Source of the DNA: Octopus sinensis
Taxonomy: Eukaryota
DNA length: 64,000 nt
Assembly: GCF_006345805.1 (NCBI RefSeq)
Contig: NC_043000.1
Coordinates: forward strand, 125,116,001-125,180,000
Reading direction: 5' to 3'
The translations under genes were made by a program, and so were the position numbers. Numbering within the stretch: position 1 is the stretch's first letter; each line of letters starts with the position of its first letter. Of this stretch, positions 62,691-64,000 are shown in pieces. Under the pieces are notes generated by a model. That model was not told the DNA's origin. It ran no database searches and worked only from the letters and a program-made list of their open reading frames with translations.

Positions 62691-64000
62691 AAATATACAC
62701 TCTTCGGGTGGATCATGGAGATGGGATCGGCAAAGCAGAGAAATGGATAGGTATTCAGGTAATGCTGTATGGTCAAGAACTTTGCTCCCCTACCATGTGG
62801 TTTCAGGTTCAGTCCCACTGTGTGGCATCTTGAGAAGTTTCTTTCTCTATAGCCCCAGGCCAACCAAAGTCTTGTAAGTGGATTTGATTGCTGGAAACTG
62901 AAAGAAGCCCTCAGGTGTGTGTATGTCTAGTCACGGAGGAAACTTGCCTGACTTGAAACTAAGTAAGGGTTGGTGACAGTAAGGGCATTCGACCATAAAT
63001 ATCTGCCGCAATAAAGTTCATCCAGTTCATGTAAGCATGGAAAACTGGACAGTAAAACAATGACGTTACACATCAACGTACATACACAGCAGGCTTCTGC
63101 ACAGTTTTTGCCTACCAAATTTCATTCATATTGCATTCAAAGACCTGAGGTAACGATAGAAGACACTTGTCCCAGATACCATGCAGTGAAATCATACTCA
63201 GAACTACAAGTATGACATGAACTTCTAAACCACACAATCATTCCAATAATTTCATTTCAATTCTTCTTCTTTGGTAAAGACTTCACCTAAGATCTAAGAC
63301 TTCACTGCTGCTCATAGCATACCAATTTATTCAATTTTATGTCCTTATTTTTACCAATGCATGCAGACCACTTTTTTTTCTTTTGTCTTTGAAAAGCTCT
63401 CATATTAAACACAATATTTGTACCCATCTCTAAGATAATCTTGTTATATATCCAGAAACATTCTCTATTTTGTTAATATATATTTTTTCATAACCTGTCA
63501 CTGCAACAAAAGACTTTTACATTGTATTGTAATTAAGACTAAATTGAAAGTTATGTTCTACCCATCTACATAAAACTAAATCTAGAGAAGCTTAACAACA
63601 AAAATAAATTAGTGTTCTAGTAACCATTTAATAAATTTAAGTAATACATGCGGTGAACCATTGATTGGTTTGTTGGGCCACCACCACCACCACCACCATC
63701 ACCATCACCATCACTCCCCACTCTTTGAGCTCACACATCCATCGAGGCTTTTGTTCAGGAATGCATGTAATTAAAAAATAAATAAATTTTCTCATTCCAA
63801 TATAAAATTATTTTAATACTTTTTTTTAATGTATATATATATATTTATACTTTTTGAAATACTTTTATAGTTTGGTAGGTTGAGTAAAAAGCAAGGCAAA
63901 AACAAATAGATATCACCTAAGTGTTAAAATCATTGGCAAATAAAACAGAAGAGATAACTACATTAGGTTGTACTGCTGATGCATGCCAAGATAAATAGAG

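Overview
This is eukaryotic, repeat-saturated, largely non-coding DNA. The SINE/LINE repertoire and the microsatellite load point to a coleoid cephalopod, most likely Octopus (inference from repeat motifs, not a database match). I found no intact host protein-coding gene, true tRNA/rRNA gene or CRISPR array, and nearly all ORFs in the track are microsatellite or SINE read-throughs. Supported content: (1) several families of tRNA-headed SINEs; (2) RTE-clade LINE 3' ends with a (GAT)n tail and an internal 62-bp minisatellite; (3) R4/Dong-type non-LTR fragments sitting in (TAA)n tracts; (4) an L1/Tx1-type zf-RVT fragment with a 14-bp TSD; (5) Penelope-like GIY-YIG fragments sitting in (TA)n tracts; (6) mariner and hAT transposase relics, several MITEs and non-autonomous Helitrons; (7) microsatellite-bounded tandem duplications. 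The most notable observation is at 25.0-25.7 kb: a short element with a tRNA-like Pol III head (A/B boxes), an (AAT)n spacer and a minimal type I hammerhead ribozyme motif (CUGANGA-A-stem II-GAAAC-GUU, with a palindromic AACGTT helix III). A second ribozyme-bearing body lies next to it in inverted orientation, so it looks like a SINE/retrozyme hybrid. More degenerate hammerhead-like motifs occur at 56.4, 57.7 and 59.7 kb. Boundaries of old repeats are approximate (+/-20 bp), and no ribozyme activity or expression can be shown from sequence alone.
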